DNA of 64,000 nucleotides from a virus (lineage: Duplodnaviria; Caudoviricetes). The position numbers and the translations under genes were made by a program. This document shows positions 1-10,575 of this stretch, one piece after another. The stretch spans positions 150,047-214,046 of IMG/VR virus record IMGVR_UViG_3300010167_001484. One strand, given 5' to 3'. The notes beneath the pieces are model-generated. The model ran no database searches and was not told the DNA's origin. It saw nothing but the letters and a program-made list of their open reading frames with translations. Numbering within the stretch: the stretch's first letter is position 1; every line of letters starts with the position of its first letter.

Positions 1-1644
1 GATATAACTGCACAACCTCGTGTAATAACATATAACATATTACCTCTTACAAATAGATTTGGTGCTCCTGAATCTAGAAGTCGTAGGCAAGTTAAAGACG
101 AAGGTTTGAATATGTTCACCGATGATGATAGAGTTATACTCGAACCTAATAAGAGTGTAACAAGGGTAGCGATAGAAGGAGAACTTCGTAGTTTTTCTAT
201 ATCTGTTAAAGCTATCAAGGAGAATAATTATATAATCAAATTACCTTCACAACATCTAGATACAACTGCTGTTTGGATTAAAGCTAGACCTTCTACAACT
301 AGTGGTATAGACAATAGTCAATATATTGCAACTCAATGGATACAGGTATTATCTCCTGCAGATTTTATAATACCTGAGCCTAGGTTTGCAGTTACGTATG
401 ATAATTATTCAAATGCTCAAATTCAGATAAGTAATTATCTTAATCAGCTAGATAATTATGATTCAAATTGGTTAGTTATATATTGGGTAGATTGTTCTGG
501 TATAATAGGTTCTGTAGGTTCTAATGTTTTAACAAATTTCTTACCTGCATGGCCAGATAAGAATTCTTTTGTTGCAGAGGATCTGACTATATCTAATTTA
601 TCTAATACAGTAGAATTACCTCATACAAATACAATAACAGGTAGAAGTCCTGAAACCGCTAAACAAGCATATCTTAATAGTAGAAATTATCATAATACTT
701 GGGACAGTTTGATAACATTGCCAGATTTTAATAGGTTTTTAAATAGAGAGCCTGGTATAGATTGTGGATTAGTTATTGATTGCCAGAAAGCTCTAGAAAT
801 AAATCTTGCAATTTATCATGACCCTAATTTAACTTTTGAGCAAAAAGCAAAGATGTATATTGGACCTGGTGATATACCTGCATTAGATGTACCTATGTTT
901 GATTGGAAGAATATATTAGAGCTTGGGTTTGATCCAGAAGATCCTTTGAAATTCATATTTCAAGCTGGATTCAAAACATATGAAGCTTTTTGTTTCGGAA
1001 TTCACAATGATTTTAATAATAGTAATTTTGGTACTAATCTAACAAGTCATGTGATTGTATCTACCTCAAGTGTTACAGTTCCTACAGAATTTAAATCAGA
1101 TATCTGTAAGCATATGAGATCTGAAGATGAACAACATATTAGAACACAAGGTCTACGCAAATCTTCTATAAATATACAAATGAAATCTAAAGATACACAA
1201 TTTATACAATATAGAATGCCTCCAATGTTTGAACAGATGGTTATTAGAGATTATAAACCTTTACAGGCTATGACAGTTAAGTTAAGATTCTGTTTCGCTA
1301 GAATATTTCCATGGTATGTTGTAGGGTTGATATATCCTCATAATCCTGTTTCACCTGATGTTGGTAGAAACATAATTGCTAAGGTTAAAGAAGATCTTGC
1401 GATTCATTTTGCTCCAGCTAATAGGCAGTTTGGTATTAAACCTACAGTTATGGAAGTAGTAGATGTAATTCAAAATGCAGATAGTAGAATCGATTATTTT
1501 GACGCTGGAAGTATAAATAATCCCATCATAAATTATAAAGATTGTGATACGTCTTATTTTAATCCCATCAGTTTTGCTCGATATTTAGACATCGGCGACA
1601 TTTCTCAAAATTTAAGAATTGCACCTGAGTATCTTTTGAAGTGA
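1..1644 (+). CDS. Baseplate wedge protein (T4 gp6 / baseplate J-like), 5'-truncated by the window edge
   Basis: Frame is open from base 1 (track start 106 is not the true start). TGRSPETAKQAY...TWDSLITLPDF resembles the gp6/J-type G-x-x-x-E-T...TxxD signature; lies among tail genes. Confidence 0.7.
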   Translation, partial: DITAQPRVITYNILPLTNRFGAPESRSRRQVKDEGLNMFTDDDRVILEPNKSVTRVAIEGELRSFSISVKAIKENNYIIKLPSQHLDTTAVWIKARPSTTSGIDNSQYIATQWIQVLSPADFIIPEPRFAVTYDNYSNAQIQISNYLNQLDNYDSNWLVIYWVDCSGIIGSVGSNVLTNFLPAWPDKNSFVAEDLTISNLSNTVELPHTNTITGRSPETAKQAYLNSRNYHNTWDSLITLPDFNRFLNREPGIDCGLVIDCQKALEINLAIYHDPNLTFEQKAKMYIGPGDIPALDVPMFDWKNILELGFDPEDPLKFIFQAGFKTYEAFCFGIHNDFNNSNFGTNLTSHVIVSTSSVTVPTEFKSDICKHMRSEDEQHIRTQGLRKSSINIQMKSKDTQFIQYRMPPMFEQMVIRDYKPLQAMTVKLRFCFARIFPWYVVGLIYPHNPVSPDVGRNIIAKVKEDLAIHFAPANRQFGIKPTVMEVVDVIQNADSRIDYFDAGSINNPIINYKDCDTSYFNPISFARYLDIGDISQNLRIAPEYLLK

Positions 1645-1654
1645 GGCTATTTAT

Positions 1655-1855
1655 ATGGAGATGAATGAAAATGAGATATTAGAGTATTTAGATTTTTGTA
1701 TTAATGAATGGCGTGATAGGAATGAAGATATTAACCATATACATCATAATATTTCGTTATATTATATAGATGCCTTTCAGTCTGTGAGAAGTTCCTTATT
1801 TGGATCTACATTACCATTGAGAGTAGAGGAGAAGGTTGATGAAAATTTATGCTAG
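1655..1855 (+). CDS. Small hypothetical protein, paralog of 2707..2910
   Basis: Shares YYIDAFQxVR..xFG and an upstream LD...WR pattern with 2707..2910. Confidence 0.6.
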   Translation: MEMNENEILEYLDFCINEWRDRNEDINHIHHNISLYYIDAFQSVRSSLFGSTLPLRVEEKVDENLC

Positions 1856-2621
1856 TTCAAATGTAAGGGTGAAGAAAATAGATGAGCCCGAATCTATGGA
1901 AATCAGACAACAACTTCTAAAAGAATTTTCAGACTATTCTAATATCATATTCTTAGGTACTTATCAAGATTATCGAGGTCGTCAAGCATATAAATATATT
2001 CTAAAGCACCCTGATTATGAAGATGATATCGAATGGGTTATTCCTGGTGAAGGTGTTCAAATCTTTGATATGGCTAATAATTTTAATGATATCGCTAAGA
2101 GGTTTTTGAATAAGGTGTATCCAAAAATGCCAAGAAGTGTACCTCCTAATGGTTGGGATACTGATAAAACTATTACACTTACAACTGAATGGGGAGATAA
2201 ATCTGATTTTGATATAATTAAATCAAAACAGAAAGCTATTAAATTCTTATATGGTGCATTGTATGATATTAATTTTCCTATGATGCGTCTAAGTTATCAT
2301 CAATATGATGAAACTGAATATATAGAACATATGCAGAAATTCGATACAGATGACGGAGTATATGGTAATGAGGGTGACGAAGATACTGTTACATATTTTT
2401 ATGCAGACGGTGAATTCTATTCAATAGATTATGAAACTACACTTGAAGAAGGTATTAAAATATATTATGCAATACCTAATGTAGAGTCATTACATCAATC
2501 AAATGCTAATAGTGCTGTTATATATAAAGGGTATATCTTCAAAGATGAAACAGGTTACTATTATAGCGAGATGGGTGAATGTGAGAATTCAGATGATTGG
2601 GAAGAAGTTATAGAAGTCTAA
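1839..2621 (+). CDS. Hypothetical acidic protein with a leader variant (MKIYASS); candidate internal head protein
   Basis: ATG at 1839 after AGGAGAAGG; I-Y-A-S motif; TTTCGTTATA motif upstream at 1752. Confidence 0.55.
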   Translation: MKIYASSNVRVKKIDEPESMEIRQQLLKEFSDYSNIIFLGTYQDYRGRQAYKYILKHPDYEDDIEWVIPGEGVQIFDMANNFNDIAKRFLNKVYPKMPRSVPPNGWDTDKTITLTTEWGDKSDFDIIKSKQKAIKFLYGALYDINFPMMRLSYHQYDETEYIEHMQKFDTDDGVYGNEGDEDTVTYFYADGEFYSIDYETTLEEGIKIYYAIPNVESLHQSNANSAVIYKGYIFKDETGYYYSEMGECENSDDWEEVIEV

Positions 2622-2706
2622 TATGGTTTTAGATATGTACGAACTATTTGTTGTAATCTTTATATGTGTTTGTATTAAAATTTATAAGAAACTATTGAAG
2701 AAATAA

Positions 2707-2910
2707 ATGTGTGATATGGTTGAAGTTGTAGATAATATTAGCACAATTGTTGGTGATGATGACTTATTGTATTTTCTGGATACAAAAATAGCTGATTGGA
2801 GAAAGATATTGAAGGATATTAATCATCCTCAATATTCAGTATCAATATATTACATTGATGCATTTCAAGCAGTTAGATGCTTTGTGTTTGGGGAACGGCT
2901 TGAAAATTAG
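2707..2910 (+). CDS. Small hypothetical protein, paralog of 1655..1855
   Basis: Shared YYIDAFQAVR motif. Confidence 0.55.
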   Translation: MCDMVEVVDNISTIVGDDDLLYFLDTKIADWRKILKDINHPQYSVSIYYIDAFQAVRCFVFGERLEN

Positions 2911-2923
2911 TTGAGGTGATAAA

Positions 2924-4606
2924 ATGATTATAAAAGATGTGCCCTTACCTGAAGAGTATTTGGTATCTCAAGATTTTCGATTTTTTGTCGATTGGGTGGC
3001 TCATACACTTGATAGATATAAATACGAGCATGAGAATTTCATGGATCTTTACGATCCGCTCAGAATACCTGAGCATCTGTTATGGGCATTAGCTGATACG
3101 ATGGGTTATAAATTTGATGATAGATTGCCCACATCTTTTAATAGATTAGTTCTTCTATATTTTATTTCTATGATTAAAAATAGGGGATCAAAAGATGGTG
3201 TGACATTAGCAGCTCAAACAAATTTAGCACAATTTAATATATTGATGAAGGCTCAAGGTTTCACCGATATTAATGGTAAAATCTATCCACCTAATGATAT
3301 ATTATATAATAGATTAGAAGATCCTACTATTCCTGTTAATGCAGTTTATGTATCTGTATATACAGAAAAAGGGTATATTGATATTGTTTATTTTTCTGAT
3401 AAAGTACCTTTGGATGCTTGTTTAGAATATGTACGACCTGTAGGAATGTATGCTTTTCAGCATGCAGGTGTGAGATTTGATGCTAAAACAAAGGTTTCTA
3501 TTGATTCCAGATTAACTAATACAAGGGATGCAGGTATGTCTTTTGGTCCTACACATGTTGGTCATTATCGTAGAAAGGATTATGCATCTATGCAATTAAC
3601 TCGTCAAAAATTGAATGATACTATGCCGTTATTCAGAGTTAGGAGAGTTCCAAATACTAGTAGAGGTAAGTGGTTCGTACAAGAATATATTGATAGAGAA
3701 GATAATCTTGGATGGAAATCAGTATATGGTCCATTTGAGTCAGAACGAATAGCAACATCATATTTTGAAGCAAACATGATTGAACCTAGACATACTAGAG
3801 AAAATGTGTGGTATAGAAATCGCGAAGGTGAAAGTGGTGTATTAGAGCCTCCTACAAGTTATGCATCTAATTCTTTCCAATATCAAGTGAATGGTGAAGA
3901 TTATGTGATGAATCCTGGATATAGAACATTATATTCATTGCAACTTTGTAATAATGAGAATATAACTAAATCTTTATTCGATGAGCCGATATTCAGTTTA
4001 GGTTATGGTCCCCAAGATGTTGAAACTAAAAGATATGATGATGATTATATGAAGTATCCTTATCGTGATAAGTATGAAGATGGTACATTTGAAGAACCTG
4101 AATCTTATATAGATAGAGAGGGTATATCAAATCGTCGTGTACTGGGTAGTAAGGTGTATAATTTACGTGTAGATAGGGATTTAGAAGAATCTAGAATAGT
4201 TCCTAATTTGACAACTTATGCTATTGATGGTGAGGGTGATGAATGGTATCTATTAAAAGATGGAAAACGTCTAGAGCCTGGTAAGGTTTATGCTGAGAGA
4301 AGGATAGCAGAGATTAGATTAGCTGTATTGGTTCCTCCAGATGTATACACTGTTGAAGCAAGGCATCCATCTCATCCTGAGAGAACAGATATAGCTGACC
4401 AAGGTACAGCTGATTATGAAGTAGAGCGTATTAATAAACCTAATGTTACTAAACCACGACCTGCAGTTAATCCTATAATGGCATCATTAGGTGACTCATT
4501 GTCAATGGATACGATGAATACAGAGTATATGATGAAAGAACGTAATACTGATGGGATAATCGAGGACGACACTAGTTTTGAGATAAAGCCCAACACAGAG
4601 TTATAA
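2924..4606 (+). CDS. Baseplate wedge / tail protein I-like
   Basis: N-terminal DPLRIPEHLLWALADTMG...KNRGSKDG resembles the P2 gpI family; follows the J-like gene; GAGGTG RBS. Confidence 0.6.
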   Translation: MIIKDVPLPEEYLVSQDFRFFVDWVAHTLDRYKYEHENFMDLYDPLRIPEHLLWALADTMGYKFDDRLPTSFNRLVLLYFISMIKNRGSKDGVTLAAQTNLAQFNILMKAQGFTDINGKIYPPNDILYNRLEDPTIPVNAVYVSVYTEKGYIDIVYFSDKVPLDACLEYVRPVGMYAFQHAGVRFDAKTKVSIDSRLTNTRDAGMSFGPTHVGHYRRKDYASMQLTRQKLNDTMPLFRVRRVPNTSRGKWFVQEYIDREDNLGWKSVYGPFESERIATSYFEANMIEPRHTRENVWYRNREGESGVLEPPTSYASNSFQYQVNGEDYVMNPGYRTLYSLQLCNNENITKSLFDEPIFSLGYGPQDVETKRYDDDYMKYPYRDKYEDGTFEEPESYIDREGISNRRVLGSKVYNLRVDRDLEESRIVPNLTTYAIDGEGDEWYLLKDGKRLEPGKVYAERRIAEIRLAVLVPPDVYTVEARHPSHPERTDIADQGTADYEVERINKPNVTKPRPAVNPIMASLGDSLSMDTMNTEYMMKERNTDGIIEDDTSFEIKPNTEL

Positions 4607-4642
4607 ACCTTTAATATTAATGTATTAAGTAGGTGATTCTGT

Positions 4643-5065
4643 ATGAAAGTAGGACAGTTCGACATATGTCCTGTGTGTAAATTTGTATTAGGACAGGAGA
4701 ATCAATTTCAAATAAGGGAATGTCCTAATTGTAATACACTAATACCTCCTAGAATGGGTCAAGGATATGCTGTTAGATTAGATCATGGTATGTTAGAATC
4801 TAATAGAGATGATTTAGGGTTTATCAACCCTAATCTACATAGAAGAATTATCTATTGTGAATGTATGGAACTGAATAGCTGGATTTGTCCTGTACATAAA
4901 GATGTAGGTGTCTGTAATTGTGAACCTTATGTTATACCTTGTGAATGTGGTGTGCGAAATAGGTCTAATGAAACTTACAAAGTCAGTATAAATGGAATTC
5001 AATCGTATCTTGAAACATCAATAAAAATTCGTGATGAAGATAGTGTTATTTCGGAGATACCTTAA
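4643..5065 (+). CDS. Cys-rich putative zinc-binding protein
   Basis: CPVC, CPNC, CEC, CPVH and CNC motifs; AGGTG RBS. Confidence 0.55.
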   Translation: MKVGQFDICPVCKFVLGQENQFQIRECPNCNTLIPPRMGQGYAVRLDHGMLESNRDDLGFINPNLHRRIIYCECMELNSWICPVHKDVGVCNCEPYVIPCECGVRNRSNETYKVSINGIQSYLETSIKIRDEDSVISEIP

Positions 5066-5301
5066 TGAAATCTAATAGAATTAGAGTAGTAACCAAGCAA
5101 CAAGTTGATTTTGAAACTTTACCTCAATTAAAGAAATATTTGTGGTTGAATATTAAAACCAACAAGCATTATCGTATTGTGAGTGTGTTTAAGGGTTATG
5201 ATGGTAATAGATATGTAGCTTTGATAAATATACCGGATGTTTCTGATAGACGTTTAATTCTATTTTCACAATTCTTGCAGAAATTCCAGTTAATTTTATA
5301 A
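5065..5301 (+). CDS. Hypothetical protein, paralog of 10326..10562
   Basis: F(K/V)G(Y/F)DG..Y(V/I)AL...IL(F/Y)..F...(F/Y)Q pattern shared with 10326..10562. Confidence 0.55.
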   Translation: MKSNRIRVVTKQQVDFETLPQLKKYLWLNIKTNKHYRIVSVFKGYDGNRYVALINIPDVSDRRLILFSQFLQKFQLIL

Positions 5302-5314
5302 AGGTGTTTATATA

Positions 5315-5503
5315 ATGGGAAGTTATTCAAATTCATTTATAGATTATCAGTTTGACAATGATTTTTGGAATTTAAATAAAGTCTCAAATAAGCGCTTATC
5401 TATATTCGTGTCGATACTTGTAATTTCTATAATTGTATTAGGAATACCTATTATAATATATAATGGAATCAGTGTTATATACTATAAGATTCGAGGTCAT
5501 TAG
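5315..5503 (+). CDS. Small membrane protein
   Basis: One long hydrophobic segment (IFVSILVISIIVLGIPIII). Confidence 0.45.
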   Translation: MGSYSNSFIDYQFDNDFWNLNKVSNKRLSIFVSILVISIIVLGIPIIIYNGISVIYYKIRGH

Positions 5504-6977
5504 ATTGATTCATAATAATTTAAAAGGTGAAATTAAGAATCTAGGTCCTATGCAGAATGTTTCAATTCAAGTAATTGATTCTGTTACAGATAGAATTGTT
5601 CATCAACATGTCGGACATAATGCTGCTACTAATGCACTTCTCGTAGGATTAGCACATTATTTGCAAGGAGATGGTGTACTTAATCAAGGTGTGCATCAAC
5701 TTTCAGCATTTGTACCAAGATTTATGTCTCTAGGTACAATGGGACTTGTAAATCAGCTTGAAGATGAAGATGGTTTACCTATGGGATTGGGCTATAAATC
5801 TTATAGAGATTATGACCCTGATAAAAAATGTTGGGTATATAATAGATGTAATCAGTTAACTGGAGAGCAGAGAGATTTTTTAGGTGTATTTAATAGTGAT
5901 CAACCTTTGACAGAAGAACAAGAAGAGGCATTACGATTTAAAGATTATATGGATATGATGCCTGGTTACGGTGCAGATGGTTATGATCTTAATATGAATA
6001 ACAGCCGAACTAGTAGTGCTGACGGTTATATCATGGCAGGTTTAGGTCCACCTTTTAGTAGACGTAGTGAAGTTGGAGCCCCTGCATTGGGGATGTTGCC
6101 TGTAACTAATGTTAAACCTTGTCCAGTGTGTGGTGATGTGAATTGTCCACATAGTCAACACGGTGAAATCACATTTGATCCTTATGATTATGATACAGTT
6201 CGATGTGAGTTGATATCTGATACTTTTCCTCGTCAACATATTTCATATAGAGATATAGTACCTGAGGAACAGGCTGAGTTACCTAAAACAATCGATGTTG
6301 TGTTTAGTTCTATGGTATCTACTGGAGCATTAAGACAATTCAGACGTACTGATCATGATTATGTATTTATAACAGAAGCAGGATTGTGGTCAAGACGTGA
6401 TTGGAACCTTAGTGGTAGTAACGGTCTCCTTGCAGGTTACAGAATTGCTCCTCCTAATAGTGATAATTGGGTGATGTACCCAGATCATTCAATCTTCATA
6501 GATAGATATTATAATGAAAATAATATCACCGGGATACCTACTTCTGATGATAGATTTAATGCTGTGATGCATGCTCGTATGATGATAAGTGAGATTGATT
6601 TTGAACGAGCTAGAGAGAATCGGCTAATTCTAAAGAAGAATATAATCAAAGTTGGTATAAATCAAATTGTTCAAATAATCTGGAAGGTACAACTTGGTGA
6701 AATAGAGCAGTTATTTCCTGGAGCGTATTGTCCAAATTGTCGAACAGAATATATACCAGAATTACCTGGAACATCTCCTAGAGAACCAAGTAATGTATGT
6801 TCATTCTGTTGTAGATTGGATGCAGGAAATATTGATTTAATAGATGAAGAGTTTTGTCCCCGTATTTGTGATATAGATGCTGGAGATTTAGAGATGGATA
6901 TAGCAGGTACAATATTATCTGGACAACATTCTGGTGCAGGAGTAAATAGTACTATTTATATGGAATATTCTGAATGA
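5463..6977 (+). CDS. Putative baseplate / tail-fibre attachment protein (exact start uncertain)
   Basis: GHNAATN near the N-terminus and ITEAGLW resemble tail-fibre anchor domains; lies directly before the long fibre gene. Confidence 0.5.
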   Translation: MESVLYTIRFEVIRLIHNNLKGEIKNLGPMQNVSIQVIDSVTDRIVHQHVGHNAATNALLVGLAHYLQGDGVLNQGVHQLSAFVPRFMSLGTMGLVNQLEDEDGLPMGLGYKSYRDYDPDKKCWVYNRCNQLTGEQRDFLGVFNSDQPLTEEQEEALRFKDYMDMMPGYGADGYDLNMNNSRTSSADGYIMAGLGPPFSRRSEVGAPALGMLPVTNVKPCPVCGDVNCPHSQHGEITFDPYDYDTVRCELISDTFPRQHISYRDIVPEEQAELPKTIDVVFSSMVSTGALRQFRRTDHDYVFITEAGLWSRRDWNLSGSNGLLAGYRIAPPNSDNWVMYPDHSIFIDRYYNENNITGIPTSDDRFNAVMHARMMISEIDFERARENRLILKKNIIKVGINQIVQIIWKVQLGEIEQLFPGAYCPNCRTEYIPELPGTSPREPSNVCSFCCRLDAGNIDLIDEEFCPRICDIDAGDLEMDIAGTILSGQHSGAGVNSTIYMEYSE

Positions 6978-6988
6978 GGTAAGATATA

Positions 6989-9900
6989 ATGGCAGATGTC
7001 ATAATGTTACTAACTAATAAAGGTAAAGAGTTGAAAGCTAAACTCGAAACCACTGGAGATAATCCTCCATTACAGTATACTAGAATAGTATCTGCTAGTG
7101 GTCGTTCTAGTGATCCTGTTAATGCTGTTGCACTCACTAATCCAAAATTACCTTTAAGTATAATTGATTCGTATAATGATGGTGTAGATACAATAATAAA
7201 GTGCCTTATAACAAATGCAGGTAATCCTGATTTGGGTATAGGTCCACTTGAAGAAAAGTATGGTATAGCTCAAATAGGTTTCTTCGCTCTTGATCCTGAT
7301 GAAGGTGAGATATTATATAGACTTTGTCAATATGATATGTCTATTCCTGTACCTAGTATATCTGACGGTATATTTAGATATGAACCCGAATTTAGAATAA
7401 CTACTGATAATGCTAATGTTGTTATATTCCCTCCACCTACAGGATTTATATCTTACGGTGATTTATCTAATGCTATGGATGAAGTAATCAGTAATAATCC
7501 GGAGATGGTTGGTAGAGAGGGTCCTAAGGGTGATAAAGGTGACAAGGGTGATCAAGGTCCTAAAGGTGAAGATGGTATTCAAGGTATTGATGGTAAAGAT
7601 GGCATTCAAGGTATTGATGGTAAAGATGGTCCAGCCGGTCCTAAAGGTGATAAAGGTGATAAAGGAGACAAAGGTGATAAGGGCGATAAAGGCGATACGG
7701 GACCTCCTGGTGAGTTAGGGCCTCCCGAAGGTTCTAGTAAGTTCTCTTTAGATTTTATATATCCAATTGGAGCTATATATTCATCTGTAGATCCTACACA
7801 TCCTTCAGAATTATTTGGTGGAGAGTGGATAGAATGGGGGCAAGGTAGAGTACCTGTTAGTGTTTCAACGTCAGGTACATTCAATACAGTTGAAAAAATT
7901 GGTGGTTCTGAAACAGAATCTTTGACAACAGCACAATTAGCACAACATAATCATACATTTGATGGTACATCTGATCAAACTACTAGTTCATCTGGTACTA
8001 ATAATACTAGCAGTACAACTCCAGGAGTAACAGGTGGAGTTAATACAGCTAATACAGGTAATCCTACCTCTAATCCAGCATCAGGTTCAACATCTGGAGT
8101 AACCGACGGAATGAGTGCTAATTCGACTGGTAGTTTTCACTTTAGAACAGTTGCTACAGACAGTCATGGTACAGGTAACTTTGGTATGCTCATTAATCCT
8201 GTAGGTGCATTTGGACCTCATCAATGGATACCTCCTATGGTTACTAGTGGTACTGGATATGGGAATAGTTTAATTGGTATAACTCCTGTAAGATTATCAC
8301 CTACAGGTACTGGAAATATTGGAGGAACACCAGTTCATAGTCATAGGATGGATCTTAATGTATCTCATACTCATAATTTCGGTAGTCATACTCACTCTAT
8401 TAGTAACCATGTACATACACAAGCACATACACATAATAGTGCTGCTCATACTCATACTGGTCCAAGTCATACACATACATTAACTCCTGCTGGTACTATC
8501 GGTAATACCGGTACTGGGATAGATCATAATAATTTACAGCCTTACATTACTTGTTATATGTGGAAACGTACTGGTGGGGTTATGAATGATGTAGCTGTTG
8601 GTGGAGAAGGATTTCAAGGTGAAACAGGTGAACAAGGACCTAAAGGTGATAAAGGTGATCAAGGAATTCAAGGCGAAGAGGGTATACAAGGTCCTAAAGG
8701 TGATAAAGGGGATAAGGGTGATAAGGGAGATCCAGGTATACAAGGACCTCCTGGTGAATTAGGACCTCCGGAAGGTTCTAGTAAATTCTCTCTTGATAAG
8801 ATATATCCTATCGGTGCTATATATTCTTCAGTAGATCCTACATCTCCTGAAACATTATTTGGTGGAGATTGGGTAGAATGGGGTCAAGGTCGTGTTCCAG
8901 TTGGTATAGCAGATTCGGGAACATTTGATACAGTTGAAAAAACAGGTGGAGCTGAAACACATACACATACAATAAGCAACCATATTCATACTATGGCACA
9001 TACACATACATTTGCACATACTCATACAATGGCTCATACTCATACCGGACCTTCACATACACATACTAGTGCAGCTCATACTCATACCGGACCATCTCAT
9101 TCCCATGTTTTAGGTAATTCAAGTTATGCTAAAATTGATATATCCGGAGGAGCTCATAAATATATAGCTAGTAAACTTATAAAAACTCCATCATATACTT
9201 TTGATTTGGCTACTTCTAGTATATCTTCTGCACCAGCTGCAAATATTAGTAATACTGACGGTACAGGGTTAGGTGGTAATACTGATGCAGCGGGTACAGG
9301 TGCAACAGGATCTACAACTCCAGGGGCAACAGGTTCAGCTGGTAATGGAGCTACAGGTGCAGCAAGTGTTGCCGATACAGGTGCAGCTAGTACAACTACT
9401 ACTAGTGATGTAAGTACAGCTAATACAGGTAATTCAACTACTAATCCAGTAAGTGGTTCTGAATCAAATTTACAGCCTTACATTACTTGTTATATGTGGA
9501 AACGTGTAGGCGGAGTGATGAAAGATGTAGATGTTGGTGGAACTGGAAATGTTGATATTCCTGAACTTGTTAATGAAATAAAAGAAACACTTTATTTAGA
9601 GATTCTAGATGAGATTACATCTTCTGTTAAAGCAAGTATATATCCTATAGGTTCAATATATATGTCATCTAGTCCAACTAATCCTTCTGTACAATTTGGA
9701 GGTACTTGGGTAGAATGGGGTCAAGGTAAAGTACCAATAGGTGTTGCAGATTCTGGTATATTCGATACGGTTGAAGTAACTGGTGGAGCTGAAACTCACA
9801 CACATACAATAAGTAACCATGTACATTCACAAGCACATACACATACATTAGCACATACACATGCAGGACCATCTCATACACATACTAGTGCAGCTCATAC

Positions 9901-10303
9901 TCATACTGGACCTAATCATACACATGGTTTAGTTGCAGGTTATGCTCGTCTAGATATTTCTTCAACTAGTGCTAACTTATATGTAGATTTACATGCAACT
10001 AAGTCCTTTAGAGCTACATATGGTGCTACACTTGCCAGTACAGGTTGGGGTGCAAATCGAAATAGTCCTAATGCACTTAATTTAGATGGTACTACAGATG
10101 CGGCAGGTACAGGTGCAACAGGATCTACAACCCCAGGGGCAACAGGTTCAGCAGGTAATGGAGCTACTGGTGGTGCAAGTGTTGAAACTACTAGCGGTGT
10201 AAGTACTGCTAACACAGGTAATCCAACAACTAATCCGGCAAGTGGTTCCGAGTCTACACTTCCTCCTTATATCACATGTTATATGTGGAAGAAGGTTGCA
10301 TAA
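6989..10303 (+). CDS. Long tail fibre: N-terminal anchor, two collagen segments, three gp10-C/collar-like modules with HxH-rich needles
   Basis: LTNKGKELKAK anchor; G-x-y runs (GPKGDKGDKG); three copies of IYPIG(A/S)IY...WGQG(R/K)VP and PYITCYMWK; many HTH/HSH motifs. Confidence 0.85.
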   Translation: MADVIMLLTNKGKELKAKLETTGDNPPLQYTRIVSASGRSSDPVNAVALTNPKLPLSIIDSYNDGVDTIIKCLITNAGNPDLGIGPLEEKYGIAQIGFFALDPDEGEILYRLCQYDMSIPVPSISDGIFRYEPEFRITTDNANVVIFPPPTGFISYGDLSNAMDEVISNNPEMVGREGPKGDKGDKGDQGPKGEDGIQGIDGKDGIQGIDGKDGPAGPKGDKGDKGDKGDKGDKGDTGPPGELGPPEGSSKFSLDFIYPIGAIYSSVDPTHPSELFGGEWIEWGQGRVPVSVSTSGTFNTVEKIGGSETESLTTAQLAQHNHTFDGTSDQTTSSSGTNNTSSTTPGVTGGVNTANTGNPTSNPASGSTSGVTDGMSANSTGSFHFRTVATDSHGTGNFGMLINPVGAFGPHQWIPPMVTSGTGYGNSLIGITPVRLSPTGTGNIGGTPVHSHRMDLNVSHTHNFGSHTHSISNHVHTQAHTHNSAAHTHTGPSHTHTLTPAGTIGNTGTGIDHNNLQPYITCYMWKRTGGVMNDVAVGGEGFQGETGEQGPKGDKGDQGIQGEEGIQGPKGDKGDKGDKGDPGIQGPPGELGPPEGSSKFSLDKIYPIGAIYSSVDPTSPETLFGGDWVEWGQGRVPVGIADSGTFDTVEKTGGAETHTHTISNHIHTMAHTHTFAHTHTMAHTHTGPSHTHTSAAHTHTGPSHSHVLGNSSYAKIDISGGAHKYIASKLIKTPSYTFDLATSSISSAPAANISNTDGTGLGGNTDAAGTGATGSTTPGATGSAGNGATGAASVADTGAASTTTTSDVSTANTGNSTTNPVSGSESNLQPYITCYMWKRVGGVMKDVDVGGTGNVDIPELVNEIKETLYLEILDEITSSVKASIYPIGSIYMSSSPTNPSVQFGGTWVEWGQGKVPIGVADSGIFDTVEVTGGAETHTHTISNHVHSQAHTHTLAHTHAGPSHTHTSAAHTHTGPNHTHGLVAGYARLDISSTSANLYVDLHATKSFRATYGATLASTGWGANRNSPNALNLDGTTDAAGTGATGSTTPGATGSAGNGATGGASVETTSGVSTANTGNPTTNPASGSESTLPPYITCYMWKKVA

Positions 10304-10325
10304 TATTTATATAGGTGGTAGAATA

Positions 10326-10562
10326 ATGAAAAAATTAATAAAAGCTGATAACAATTCTAGAAGTATACCTGCATTTGATGATATTGAACATGATAGTAGT
10401 GGATATATCTATACTAGAGGTGGAGGTATACAGTTTCAACTTGTAGGTAAATTTGTAGGGTTTGATGGTGAACAGTATATAGCTTTAGAAAAGCTAGGAT
10501 ATGGTGATAAAACTTATATATTGTATGATAAGTTTGTTAAACAATATCAAATTTTAGAATAG
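10326..10562 (+). CDS. Small protein with MKKLIKA leader; candidate internal head protein
   Basis: True start is likely the ATG at 10326 after AGGTGG, not 10242; paralog of 5065..5301. Confidence 0.65.
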   Translation: MKKLIKADNNSRSIPAFDDIEHDSSGYIYTRGGGIQFQLVGKFVGFDGEQYIALEKLGYGDKTYILYDKFVKQYQILE

Positions 10563-10575
10563 AGAGGTAAATATT

